From assembly GCF_001194135.2 (NCBI RefSeq), contig NC_068981.1, positions 17,277,398 through 17,341,397 on the forward strand: 64,000 bases of DNA. Direction: 5' to 3'. The notes beneath the pieces are model-generated. The model saw only the letters and a program-made list of their open reading frames with translations. It was not told where the DNA came from and made no database searches. How positions within the stretch are numbered: position 1 is the stretch's first letter; each line of letters starts with the position of its first letter. Shown one piece after another: positions 38,666 through 52,400 of the stretch. The position numbers and the translations under genes were made by a program. Source of the DNA: Octopus bimaculoides (taxonomy: Eukaryota).

Positions 38666-39025
38666 CAGCAACACCAACAACAACTATAAAATATGTATTT
38701 CCAACAAACGCTCTAAGTGTATATTACCATATATTATTATTTCCTGGCCTGTATATCTTTTGTACGTGCTTATTGAAGAATAAAGAGCAATGGTGGGTGA
38801 AGAGCGAAAATCTTTATCAAATATATTTATTGCAAATATCCCGTATTTATAAATCAGGCTGAAATCTCTCTCTAACCAATATATATTTCCTTTATTATAA
38901 CTTTAACAGAAATAATGCTCTGATCCACCTTCCATAACACATAATCATTGATAGCATAATATTATATAGAAACATATTGGAAGGGAAGCCTTTCACATTT
39001 CTTTCTAGAACAATGGTTGATGTTG

Positions 39026-39057
<32 letters not shown>

Positions 39058-39109
39058 GGTGTTTAGCCTCTGGCTAACGCTGGTTGAGCTGATATATGGA
39101 GCATAGTCA

Positions 39110-39530
39110 TTCAGTTAGTCAGTTCGATCCTCATCAATCATTGGCTTTCTACAAAGCTCAGGTACGGCTCACAATGAAGTATTATTCTCACGTCTGGGGC
39201 AGACATATTAAAACGTGTCCAGAAAAGTCCCATTCAACTGACTGGACAAAAGTAACTCAAAGAAAAACTCCAGCCTCTAAACCACAAGAGCTTTGTCTCC
39301 TCTCTCAGCATTTTCTACCGATTCTATAATAGCCTTGGCTCCTCGGAACTGGTAACGCTCAAACATTCCCGACCCTTTTCTTTCTCCTCTCCTCGTTTTG
39401 CTTGCTGCGCATCCCTCACACACCACCCTAATCAATACACCCATTCCTTTTTCCCGGAATGTCACCCCAACCAGAATTCACTCACTGCCTATGTCTTTCT
39501 CACATAATTATTTTCTCCCGTAATTGCGCT
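39110..39530 (+). mobile_element. Degenerate CR1/Jockey-like LINE ORF2 C-terminal fragment
   Basis: FYKAQVRLTMKYYSHVWG (cf. LYKAQVRPHMEYCSHLW); HP...NQYTHSFFP...NSLP..VF. Confidence 0.6.
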
Positions 39531-39915
39531 GTCCTCGTTTCGAAAACTGATTAGTCCTAAATTTAGATTCTTCTCTTCTTGATAACGATTGATCTTCTTT
39601 ATTCATTGAGTTACCTCCCTTGTTATTTATTATGTGTATAAGGCTATTACTTCTGGGATATACTTTAGTATATTTTACCTGAACGATAACAGCGAGCAGT
39701 TACGCAGGTGCAGTTACATTGATTATCAACATCAGAAGTGAAACCGGTGTGTAATAATTTATTTTAGGATTTGTAATAATGCATTTTGAAATAAACTTAT
39801 TGTAATAATGCGGGTTTTTTTTAAATAATCAAATTAATTAAAATACAAAAGGAATTGTGCATTTTATTCTCTAATATATTTTCTTTATCTCGTGACTTGT
39901 AAGTTTTGCTGATAA

Positions 39916-39965
<50 letters not shown>

Positions 39966-40414
39966 GGATGCATACACACATACGTACATACAATACACAC
40001 ACATACATATATGCATACATATAAATGTACACACACACACACACACATGCATGTGTATATGTATATTTCTGAGTGTGTACATAATTCTATGCGTGAATGT
40101 TATAAGCTGAATTGTTTACAGAAGAAGCCATATGTAAAATTTTCGGTACGTTTTTCTGTTAGAGCGTGTATATATGTTTCTGTGAGTGCATTTTCGCGAG
40201 CACAAATATTAAATAAATATGCATACACACATATCTATATTTACTCTATATATTTCCCTGAAAATATGTTTATATTATATTATTGTTTTCAAAACAGAAA
40301 CATAATACAAATTTCATCCAATTTAGGATGGTATCATTGCTTTGTACATTCTCCATGAATACACATGGAATATTGCTTTACAAAATAGACTCGAGAGCTG
40401 ATACTTGATAGCAG

Positions 40415-40451
40415 TAACAACGCCACCACCATCAACAACAACAGCAGCAAC

Positions 40452-40514
<63 letters not shown>

Positions 40515-40515
40515 C
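40415..40515. repeat. (CAC/CAA/AAT)n microsatellite
   Basis: Direct inspection. Confidence 0.95.
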
Positions 40516-40813
40516 ACAGCAGTGAATGTAATAACTTCTGGAGTAGGGATTTCTTTTCACTCTTATTTTCCGACTCCTTAATATGGAATACGCGTATTGT
40601 AAGTATATATATTTGTATATNNNNNNNNNNNNNNNNNNNNNNNNNNNNNNNNNATATATATATATATAAATTCGCCGAAATATTTATTATATACATATGT
40701 ATATGTGTATGTATGTGTGCTTATGTGTATAGCATTGTGTGCGTTTGTGTGTAATATATATAATGAGATATGGATACAAAGGTAGATTATGATAGATAAA
40801 TAGATAGACAGAG

Positions 40814-40867
<54 letters not shown>

Positions 40868-41545
40868 GTTACACTAAAGTGTCTTATTTATTGATTCGTA
40901 AATAAGGATCGATATAAAATTGGTGTATACTTGAGTGCATGTGCATGTATCATTATATACGCACCCGTGTGCGTGACGACTATGTTTCTTTGTTTTTCGT
41001 GTATTGATGTTCGTGTTTCTGCTTGAGTATGTGTGAATTCACGAATGTTTTCAATATAGACGTCCCAATTGTGAAATTTTTTCCACTATTTAACTGACAA
41101 ATAGAACTGTATTCAAACGAGACATCGTTACATTTCTGGCAATGACCATCATGTATATAACATTCTAAAGTGAAACGTGTAAAGTGATTTATTTCAGCTG
41201 GAAATACAAATTACAGTTTAATGTAATTTAGCGAATAGGAAATATTTTTACATTTTCTAATATTTCTTTCATTAATAACATGCATAGGGTTCTCTGTTTC
41301 TATTGAAGCTTGTTTATTTGTTTATTACAGAAAATACCTTATTTTATTTTCCCGCCACCCGCCATTTTCTCTGCTACCTTTAGATTTGCTTTGGAACCAA
41401 TTTAATAGAAAATTGATTTTGGTTTAGTTTTATTTTTCGGATGTTTTCTTTCCTTGTCATTTCCTATAACCATTTCGTTTTATTGTTTTTCTGTCTCTTT
41501 TCACTTTATTTTTACACTTGGCTGAACAAGAATAAATAAAGATCC

Positions 41546-41590
<45 letters not shown>

Positions 41591-42204
41591 GAGCTTGTTA
41601 TATTATGAAATCAATCCGGGATTTAAAGAATAATAAATTCTTTTTGACAACCGCTTCATTCATGGATACATTGTAACCGACTCGAGAAAAAAATTAAGAC
41701 AGAAATCTTTTAAATAGTTCTTGTTGAGAACAGGAGAAAGTAGAAGAAATAAAGAATAAGTGTGATAAAAATGTGAATTTTGTTTTATATTTTTCCTTAT
41801 AATATGTGTTTTCTGCAACACAAATAGCACATAGATTTCCCACTAAACCTGTAGCTCTTCACTCGGCGTTTTATATTTTTCTCCGGCGTTTCTTTGCAAA
41901 AATCAGATAAAATGAGCAGTTTACTTTCACGTAAGATGTTTTAGTGTCTTCCGTTTTTTCACTCATTATTTCTTTACATATTTTCATATTCAAATATTCA
42001 ATTCTATTTTGTCTATTTATGTTCTATTCTTTTTTTTCATTTATGGAAACGTGTGGCAAGCAAGGAGATAAACCACATTAATTATTTTGAATTTTTCCTT
42101 GCTATTATTCAGTGCCAAATCTTTACGTTGAAATACACAACTATAACAAATTTAACATTCATTTTACTTATTTTTCGTTGTTAAAATCATTTCTCTTTTA
42201 CTCG

Positions 42205-42735
<531 letters not shown>

Positions 42736-44830
42736 CTTCGAAGTCTTCCTCTTTTTTAATAATTTCAACTCGCTGAAGTTTGAAGTAAATTTGTTCATCC
42801 TTAACAAAGAAATAGCTTTAAAGAAATAAAATTAAAATGAAATAAACTGAAATAAACCTTTAAAAGTTTGGTGTATATTGCTTCTTAAATAGTAGTTTAG
42901 AAAAATAAGAAAAGATACCGCAAGAATTACAGGATGGTTTATTTTTTATTTTTTTACGTACACCATTATATAGTGTCTGCGATTATAATATGTACAATAT
43001 ATTTATATATAGAACCTTCTTATAGAATCTACGGGAACATTGAATATATACTATATGTAAAAGCATTATTTAGCAGGTGAAAGTCTGTTGCATGATGTAT
43101 TTAACTGTGTAAACGCATGTGATAATATTCAGTAGTTTAGTATTGAAGAGTGACAAAGATATTTATGATTGAAATCTGGTAGAAAGACGCAGTGAACAAG
43201 GTGAAATATATAGAAGGAAATATTACTTTGAAAGAGCAAAGGCCGTTATAGATCGGAAGAAAGAAAAAATGAGAAAGGACAAAGCACAGCAAGTGTAGAG
43301 TGGTATTAAGTAAAAATATTGCCTTTCAACCAGAAAAATGTCTTTTTTCTTCAATATCATGTATACGTGTGCATCCGGTTATCTACGTGCTTCTGTACGT
43401 GTGTGTGTGTGTGCGCGTGCGTGTATCTGTTATATCTCACTTCGTTTATGAGCAACACACTGTATTTGATGTATGGGCATTTGTCTGAATTTGGGCACAT
43501 GTATGCCTTTTAGAGGATCTGCAACTGTTCAAACTTGAAATATTATAGCTATGTTACATCTGTGTTTTCAATACGATCATGATTGATTGTAAAATTATAA
43601 AATCTATCAAATGCATAGACTGAAAGGATTTTAGCTGTGTATTGTACATAAACAATGAAGGTTTATTGCTGAATGTTGTACTTTCTTACATGTTTTTGTG
43701 GCTTTGAATAGAAATCATTTTCTAAATTCTCATTAAAATGTATTTCGGATATTTTTAGATGTGAAGACGTAGAAAACATTGAGAAAAGCGGAGTATTTAT
43801 GAGACCTGTAGAGAAAAGGAGAGGGTAAATGATGGTAGTTAGAGTAGAGTATGTCATCTTGTCGTTTTTGTTGTGGATAAAGATGAGAGTAGGTAGTAGA
43901 TACAGAAATGAAAGAAAAATTGCTTTTAAAGAGGATGAGTAAATAAAGATCTAAGACTGTTGATAGTTTGACTCTGAAAGGGCTTAAATATGATGCATAA
44001 TGCGAATGATAGGAAACTGCTAATCTAGATTAGTAACGCTAAATAAACTCCGTAACTAGGAAGGTTTAACACGAGATTTCAAAGCCGCATGATAGAAAAT
44101 TGTTAATAAATAATAGTTTCTACCTACATTCTTAATATCCTTTCTACTATAGGCACAAGGCCTGAAATTTGGGGAGAAGGGGCAAGTCGATTACATCGAC
44201 CCCAGTACTCAACTGGTACTTACCTACGTTCTTAATATCAGGGCTGATGTNNNNNNNNNNNNNNNNNNNNNNNNNNNNNNNNNNNNNNNNNNNNNNNNNN
44301 NNNNNNNNNNNNNNNNNNNNNNNNNNNNNNNNNNNNNNNNNNNNNNNNNNNNNNNNNNNNNNNNNNNNNNNNNNNNNNNNNNNNNNNNNNNNNNNNNNNN
44401 NNNNNNNNNNNNNNNNNNNNNNNNNNNNNNNNNNNNNNNNNNNNNNNNNNNNNNNNNNNNNNNNNNNNNNNNNNNNNNNNNNNNNNNNNNNNNNNNNNNN
44501 NNNNNNNNNNNNNNNNNNNNNNNNNNNNNNNNNNNNNNNNNNNNNNNNNNNNNNNNNNNNNNNNNNNNNNNNNNNNNNNNNNNNNNNNNNNNNNNNNNNN
44601 NNNNNNNNNNNNNNNNNNNNNNNNNNNNNNNNNNNNNNNNNNNNNNNNNNNNNNNNNNNNNNNNNNNNNNNNNNNNNNNNNNNNNNNNNNNNNNNNNNNN
44701 NNNNNNNNNNNNNNNNNNNNNNNNNNNNNNNNNNNNNNNNNNNNNNNNNNNNNNNNNNNNNNNNNNNNNNNNNNNNNNNNNNNNNNNNNNNNNNNNNNNN
44801 NNNNNNNNNNNNNNNNNNNNNNNNNNNNNN

Positions 44831-45450
44831 ACCGCTAAGCATTTCGCCCGACGTGCTAACGTTTCTTTATTGCCCACAAGTGGCTAAACATAGAGGGGAA
44901 AAACAAGGACAGACAAAGGGATTAAGTCGATTACATCGATCTCAGTGCCTAACTGGTACTTAATTTATCGACCCTGAAAGGATGAAAGGTAAAGTCGACC
45001 TCAGCGGAATTTGAACTCAGAACGTAACGGCAGACGAAATACCGCTAAGCATTTCGCCCGGTGTGCTAACGTTTCTGCCAGATGGCCGCCTTAACCAACA
45101 ACTGATATTGAAACTTCTGATAAATTAAGTACCAGTTGCGTATGGGGTCGATCTAAACGACTGGCCCCCTCCCCCAAAATTTCGGGCCTTGTGCCTAGAG
45201 TAGAAAAGAGAAACATTTAAAATACACAAGACAGCAAGCTGGAAGAATTGTTTAAATGTCGGAAAAAATGCTTCGAGCATTTCTTCCGACGTATTACGTT
45301 CTGAGTTCAAATATCACTGATGTCAACTTTGCCTTTCATCCTTTAGGGGGTCGATAAAGTAAGTACCAGTTGAGCACAGGAATCAGTGTAATGAGATACC
45401 CACTCCACCAAAATTTCCGACCTTGTACCAAAATTTGAAACCATTATAGA
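44831..45450. mobile_element. Family A SINE cluster: - copy (44831-45092), + 3' fragment (45120-45210), + copy (45260-45450)
   Basis: Family A head, B-box and central domain on both strands. Confidence 0.88.
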
Positions 45451-46067
45451 AAATGTCCAACATAACTTGCATAAACACCCAACGTCTGCTGTGGAAATAC
45501 CAAACGTCTGTTGTTGAAACAACCAGCATCTGTTCCACAAATAAAAAGAAAAATTCCTGTTGCTGGAACCCCATGTATCTATAGTTAAAACACCTTTCAT
45601 TATTATCTAAAACACCTAACGTCTGTAGCTGAAACTACCCAACATCTGTTGCTAAAACCACACAACATTTATTATTAAAACCACACAACATCTATTATTA
45701 AAAGTACCTACATTTCTTTTTTTCTTTTTTCATCAGTTCTTTCCTAAATTCACTTCACTTTTACTACAACACAAAACCAAATGTCCTCCCATATGTGTTT
45801 CAAATGTTATTAGCATGAAGGAAGCAGTCATGTGACTTACACTGTAAAAGGCTCTTTTATAGACACAGGAAAGTGTATTTCAACATAATAGGTAATTAAC
45901 GATATTTATCGAAATTAAATAGTTATTAAGTATCGATTTTTCGATAAATACACCATTATATTTGAAATGATCGATCGAATGCTCTATACCGTGTTCATTC
46001 GATCACTCACTGTTTGTTTGAGATTTTAATAATTAACGAAATCGCTTTATTGTCAATGGAAGTTGGT

Positions 46068-46104
<37 letters not shown>

Positions 46105-46383
46105 TTCTCTCGCGGAATTACAGAAAACTCCACTGAAATAGTCTGAAGAGTATCACACAGTTACCTGTTTCTATAAACTTAAACGACAATAATAATAACA
46201 ACAATAACCACAACAACAATAGCAACAGAATTATAAGAATAATAACAGCCTCACCAAAAAAAAGTATCTTATTTTCCCGCGGCAGTTTCATTCATATCTA
46301 AATCAAATAAAAAGGCGGATGGGGGATTTTTATTCAAATATACTGTGAAATATTTAAAGCAGCGATAAGAATGACGACTGTAC

Positions 46384-46393
46384 CTGCAATTGA

Positions 46394-46443
<50 letters not shown>

Positions 46444-46487
46444 CGAGCAGCAGCAGTAGTAGTAATAGTAGCAGTAGTAGCAGCAGC

Positions 46488-46547
<60 letters not shown>

Positions 46548-46740
46548 CACGGTTTTGGTGGTGGTAGTGGTCGTCGTCGTGGCAGTGGTGGTGGTACCAT
46601 TATTTTAAAACATAATTGCTCATTAAAATATTCTTGCAATTATTACCGCTGCCTTTCACCTACTACTACTATTATTATGGATACTACTACTACCATTGCA
46701 GCCGCCGCCGCCGCCTCCGCCGCTGCTGCTGCTGCAAAAA
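46384..46740. repeat. (AGT)/(AGC)/(GGT)/(CTA)/(GCC)n compound trinucleotide tract
   Basis: Direct inspection; source of poly-S/T/V/A ORFs. Confidence 0.93.
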
Positions 46741-46759
46741 GCGACCAAATGTCTCTGAA

Positions 46760-47150
46760 ATCAAACACTATCGTCGTAGAAAACGAAGATGCTGGACAAA
46801 GAATTCCTAGTTACACTTAGACTAGGTAACGAAGGGGTTGTCATGAACAGGATGCCATTAATCAAACGTCTTACTTGATCAAGGTTGACATTCGGTGAGT
46901 GGGGGGGGGGGCTGCAGGTGAACCTGACACCGCCATTAACGTTCTTCAATAGTTTCACATCAACGGTTGCCGGAAAGACAAGTGCAGAGACAGAATTCCA
47001 GAGAACCAGCATCCTAAGGAAGACTATCTGAGCACAGCGATTCGTACAGGACATAGGGGATGGACACAGCGCGAGTAACGATATATGTTGGGACGAGCAA
47101 ATGAGGAACTTTTGATTGAAGGTGTGGTGCAACGCCAACCATATCCATGA
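46760..47150 (-). mobile_element. CR1/Jockey-like LINE 3' end
   Basis: SCTNRCAQIVFLRMLVLWNSVSALVFPATVDVKLLKNVN resembles the ..RTNRY..SFFP....LWNSLP..VFP..YDL..FK.RVN motif. Confidence 0.6.
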
Positions 47151-47700
47151 AGTCAGTTTATCGGTTTCATCCTCTCTTTTCTTCCTAATTGGAGTGGAGA
47201 GTATGCTTTTGGGGTAGTTGTTGCTTAATAGATTGTTACTGAGCTTGGTCATTTCTTCGTGGTGGGTATCACGATCGCTACTTATATTCATTGCTCGATG
47301 TTTTAGGCACTGACCAATCCCTCTCTTTACACTGTATGGCTGGTGGGAGATGAGGTTGAGGTATCGTCCAGCGAAGGTCGGCTTGCAATATACGGATGTC
47401 CTGAATCCATACTTGGTGCGTGTTATTAATACCTCCAGGAACGCTAGCCGATTGTCTTTTTCTTTTTTCCATTGTGAACTGTATGGGTGGCTTTATTGAG
47501 TTCACATGATCTACATCTTCTTGATGGGGCCAGAGTATGAAGGTGTCATCAACATATCGCAGCCATATTGGTTTTAGTGGTGTTGATCCTAAAGCGAAAT
47601 TCTCAAAGTATTCCATGTATATATTGGCTATTATCGGTGATAGTGGCGAACCCATAGCTAAACCCTCTTCTTGTCGATATATATCAGTGTCCATACTAAG
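47151..47700 (-). mobile_element. Penelope-like element reverse transcriptase fragment
   Basis: YRQEEGLAMGSPLSPIIANIYME...WLRYVDDTF...IQFTMEK / NRLAFLEVLI...SVYCKPTFAGRYLN..SHQPYSVKRG...NNYP. Confidence 0.92.
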
Positions 47701-47798
47701 CAGTCAGAGTGTAGATATGAACAGCATATGGGAACCGGTATTAAGGAAGGATAGAATATTAAATTTATAAGTCCTAAAATTCACTTCATAATTTCCCA

Positions 47799-48010
47799 CA
47801 GGCATATGGCGTAGTGGTTAAGAGCGCGGGATACTAACCACAAGATTCCAAGTTCGATTCCAGGTAGTGACCTGAATAATAATAATAATAATAATAATAA
47901 CAACAACAACAACATCGAAAAATACCTTAGGAATGAGAACCCAGGTTCGAAATTTCCCCCAAGACACCTGATGAAGGCAAGAGGGTACATAAGCCGAAAC
48001 TATGTATTAA
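47799..48010 (+). mobile_element. tRNA-derived SINE with internal (AAT/AAC)n and a degenerate hammerhead core at the 3' end
   Basis: TGGCGTAGTGGTTAAG (A-box), AGTTCGATTCC (B-box); GACAC-CTGATGA-A-GGC...GCC-GAAAC at 47963-48000. Confidence 0.7.
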
Positions 48011-48014
48011 CAAG

Positions 48015-48735
48015 GAACGCCTCTAGGAATAATCGAGGAACTCCACTATCCAAGAGTTCCCTGAAACCCTAGGAGCAAGTGCCCTCTCCAATTCTTTGTC
48101 TCCGATTCACAGGTCTACACTCAGAGAAGTACCGTCCACTCTTGCCATTTTAGCAACTTTCACCTACCTTTCAATAAACTCACTCGAGGACAGCACTTCC
48201 CTCTCCACTCTCAATTTCCTTTTCAAGTGAAACTTGAAAAAGTCAATGAGAGCTCTACCAAAGAGGAATGTATCTGTCCTCATGCCTCTCAGCCTTGTCC
48301 ACCAAACAAGGTTTTTCGCCAAAACCACCGGGCAAAGGAAAACTGCCTTGCCTGCTCGATTGAAGGAGGGCGGCAATGCGATCATCACTACAGACTTGGC
48401 CGACAGACGGATCCGTCCCACATGTGACAGCAGCTGTTCGACATAACCCCACAAATCAGCAATACCCCGACAATGAACGAGGGCCTACAGAACGGTTTCG
48501 TGATTCTGCACGCACCTCAGACAAATCCGTATGACAGCACATCCGTGCCTGTAGAGTTTATTATGAACAGGCAGCGCTCCCCGGCAACACTGCTAGGCCA
48601 AAGACATCTGGAAATTATCCTTGATAGTTCCCGACTGGAAGTCCTCCAGAACAAACTAGTAAGTTCGTTCTCATCGGCGCCGAGTGTCCCCACCCACCGA
48701 GAACATCGTCACACTTCACCCCCGCTATTCCTCTG
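48015..48735 (-). mobile_element. L1/Tx1-clade LINE 3' fragment (zf-RVT-like region and C-terminus)
   Basis: CRGALPVHNKLYRHG...ICLRCVQNHETVL*ALVHC...LWGYVEQLL...FFKFHLKRKLRVEREVLSSSEFIER. Confidence 0.75.
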
Positions 48736-48771
48736 TTTAACTATGGTTTGTTGCTATTGTTGTTCTTCTTC

Positions 48772-48774
<3 letters not shown>

Positions 48775-48818
<44 letters not shown>

Positions 48819-49227
48819 GACGTCGCAAAGAATACAATATCGTGAGGTTGTTGATTGAAGATACTGTGTCTACCGGGGGTTTGTATTGTTTGTCAAGTCA
48901 CAAGTACCTCAGGCAGACAGACAGTACTTTACGCAATATTCGTGCAGTTCCAAGTAATGCCGACTTTTGCAATACATCTTGATTGTAGGGTATTTCTAAG
49001 GTTTTCAGATTTTTTTTTTCAGATTGGGTGGTATTGAAACCAATGCTCCTATGACAATAGGCTTAACTTTTATGTTCGACTCTCGTAGCCGCCACATCTT
49101 AGCGATCTCAGTTCTCGGGTCTCCATATTTATTAACTTTTTCTCTTTCTTTCATGATGATATGTTGATCTCCTGGTACTGCTACGTCGATTATTAGGCAC
49201 TCTTGTTTGTCCCTCCTATCATTATTA
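48775..49227 (-). mobile_element. R4/Dong-type non-LTR retrotransposon 3' end (restriction-like endonuclease) ending in (TAA)n
   Basis: CLIIDVAVPGD....KEREKVNKY...IAKMW...PIVIGAL...LQKSALLGTARILRKVL*; (TTA)n run at 48775-48818. Confidence 0.88.
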
Positions 49228-49445
49228 AGGCGGCGAGCTGGCAGAAACGTTAGCACGCCGAGCGAAATGCTTAGCGGCGTTCCGTCCGTCTTTAAGTTCT
49301 GAGTTCAAATTCTGCCGATGTCGACTTTGCCTTTCATCCTTTCGGGGTCGATAAATTTAGTACCAGTTGCGTACCGGGATCGATTTAATCTATTGGTCCC
49401 CTCCTCCAAATTTCGGGCCTTGTACGTATAGTAGAAAGGGTGATT
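49228..49445 (+). mobile_element. Family A SINE (short-tail variant)
   Basis: AAGGCGGCGAGCTGGCAGAAACGTTAGCACGCCG...GGGCCTTGT...AGTAGAAAGG plus (ATT)n. Confidence 0.93.
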
Positions 49446-52400
49446 ATTATTATTATTATTATTATTATCATTATTATTAAATTCAAATTACGATGAACGT
49501 AAACAAAGAAACGAAGTTTGCTTTTAGAAGCGTTGAGATGTCTTAGAAAGTTAAAGAAGTGGTCTTAAATTCTCAAACGCAGAATAATGCTAATAATATA
49601 GCCTGAACAGGAGAAGCTACCCCTATTTTGCAGAAAAAAGTGTTGGTGGCCAGCTATGAGACCCTATTATTATCATTATTATCATCATCATCATCATCAT
49701 CATTATTATTGTTTTTATTATTATTATTATTACTATCATTATTATTTATGAAATCGTTATTCTCATCTAAATTGTTAATATTTCACTCTACATTTAATTC
49801 ATGTTGGTGGTATTTATGTTAGAATGAAGTGGAAGCGCAGTCAGTGATATAGAAAAAGATGAAATGGTGAAAGCTGACACGCCTTTGATCAAAGATCTGA
49901 TTGTTCAACGGTTGACCTGGGCTAAACAGCAACACCATTTTCTACTACTACTAATACACGTATGCATACATGTGTGCGTGCTGCATTTTACATATTATTC
50001 TTCTAGGATTCTTAATAGTACATTCGAACTCCATTATATATTATCTGAGTTATGATCAGGCAATTTCCTTTTCTATATTCTCAATTGACAAACTTTAATA
50101 TTCAAGGAAGAAGTATCGATAATCACAAATTATAAAATGAATATGAACAGTATGAATGAAGTAAAATGCCTCGGGGAGGCATTCTGCATACTAAATATGA
50201 ATGCAGTAGGGGCCCCATTTAGATATAATATAATGAAATGAAAAACTTCGATCACGTGCACTCAACAAGAAAGGGAAACAACTACAGTAAAATCGTTTAA
50301 TAGTAATTGTATTCAGTATGCAGAACGCTCACTTGATGCATTTTCCATCATCTTCGTGTGTGTGTGTGTGTGTGCTTTGCCAACATTCGCATATGACTGA
50401 AATATGTCTATTGCTACTAACATTTAACTTTAAAAATCAGGTTTGTTTCATTATGTATATCATTCAAAACTTTCGATCAACTGAACTAACTAGATTGATC
50501 TCCCTTGCTTGTTGTATAAATACCACACGCAAGTAAGTTTTACCTATTAATCGCATGAATAATCTTCGTTGACCGAAGTTTTTCAGCCCACTATATCATA
50601 ATGTAAAATCCCTGCCATTTGTTTATTTAAGATACAGAGCGTTCCCCAGTGATATTTTCCCCCAGCTGTATGATTGATATTTATAATCAGTCTCACACTA
50701 TTCTTTCTATTTCTTTATATATTAATAACACTTAAGTCTTAAGTAGTATCTTTCGCCTGAAAGGCTTTAGTAAGACTGAAATATCCCCCAATGCTTTCAC
50801 CAGTCGGTTTAAAGACCAGATCCACCCCCAAAATTCCTTGTCTATATTGTCCAACAATTTCGATCAATCGATTTTAATGGAATTATCTGTCTCGATTGTT
50901 GTTTTAATATTTCAAGAGCAACAAGGGGGTTTTGTCGACTACATCTTTGCATAATCTCAGTTAATCAAAATTTTTACCACCTTCTACATTATGTCTGCGA
51001 GATCTACTCGAATTTTTAAGAAGATTTGCTTTCAGTGTTGAAACACCGTTATTTAAACTTGAAACATGAAAACTGTGAATCTGATTTCATTTCAATACTT
51101 TCATTGTAGAATTGATGAAAAGAATTTAAAGAAAAAATTAATCTTAACGCTTTCGTTATATTAACGATTACTTAACAAAATCATACGATTTGATAGTTTC
51201 AGTAAAGTTTTCACGAAAATAAATTTATGACTGAACATTTCTAACTTAGAAATTGTCTGCCAAGTGTGTGCACTTACTTCCCAGTATTTCTCTGTCTTCA
51301 TATCTAGCACCCCCTCTATCCATCTTTTCTTTGCTTATTTCAGATTTCTGTTTATTTCAGAGATTTAACACAACAAATAACTTCCAAGTATGATTGAATC
51401 TTGTGCTTGTGGTCTAGAAACCAACTTTTTCGACCTCTTTAAAGCAGAATCACACGAAGGTGAGTGTGTTCTGTATTCAGATGGACGATGTTTTATATGT
51501 CTGATCAATATACTTTCGTCGAATTAAAAACTGAATTAGTCTTTGAATGCATTTAGGAAACGTGACCAGTTCTAAAGAAAGAATGTTGGTTTTAAAAATA
51601 GGCAAGATGTTAAGATTGTATATTCTGTGAGGCAGAGAAGTCAACGATTCCAATCAACGCAGTAAATAGAAAATCTTTAAATTAATCCATCTTTTGTTTC
51701 CTTGTTTGCTTATGCATTAGTTTATTCAATTCTGCCGTTCCCCCCGGGGGGCAGTGATGGAAGCACGCCTCTTTTGTTCGATTACTGTTGAACAAGCTCC
51801 AGGACATGTGCAGTAATGATTACATCAGAAACACAACTACAACAAATTGATTTGATTAAACAAAGACAAGAGAGAAGTCATTATACTATGACTAAGTACA
51901 TATCTATTGTCTGTCTCATTATATAGTATTATTATTATTATTATTATTGTTTAATGTTATATTGCCATGTTCTCATAGGTTGCGACAAAGTATATAACCA
52001 TAGTTTGTATTTAAGTAAGGGTGGTACATTAGCAGATTCGTTTTAGCGTAAACAAAACACATTGTGACATTTAAAGGATTTTACTTAATAAGTTCAAATC
52101 CCATCGAGGTCGAGGTTGCTTCTCATTCGTCCTAGGTTGATAAAATAGTACCAGTCGAATACTGGGAATCGATATATTCCCCCAAAGTGATTAACAAGCT
52201 TGGTCATTCGTTAATGGAAGGTAGCTCTGATCACCGAAAGACCAATGATTGATTTTATTTACCCGGACAAGGGATTAGGTTGATAAGTAGTAGTAGTAAT
52301 AGTAGTAGTAGTAGTAGTACTAGTAAGAGGAGGAGGAGGAGGGGGGGGCACAACAAGTGCATGATTTTGGTTTGTATTGTAGGAAATATATATANNNNNN

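Noticed and set aside
46371-46820. 149-aa poly-Ser/Gly/Ala ORF resembling a transcription-factor low-complexity region
   Set aside because: Made of trinucleotide microsatellites plus the antisense of a LINE 3' end; no domain.
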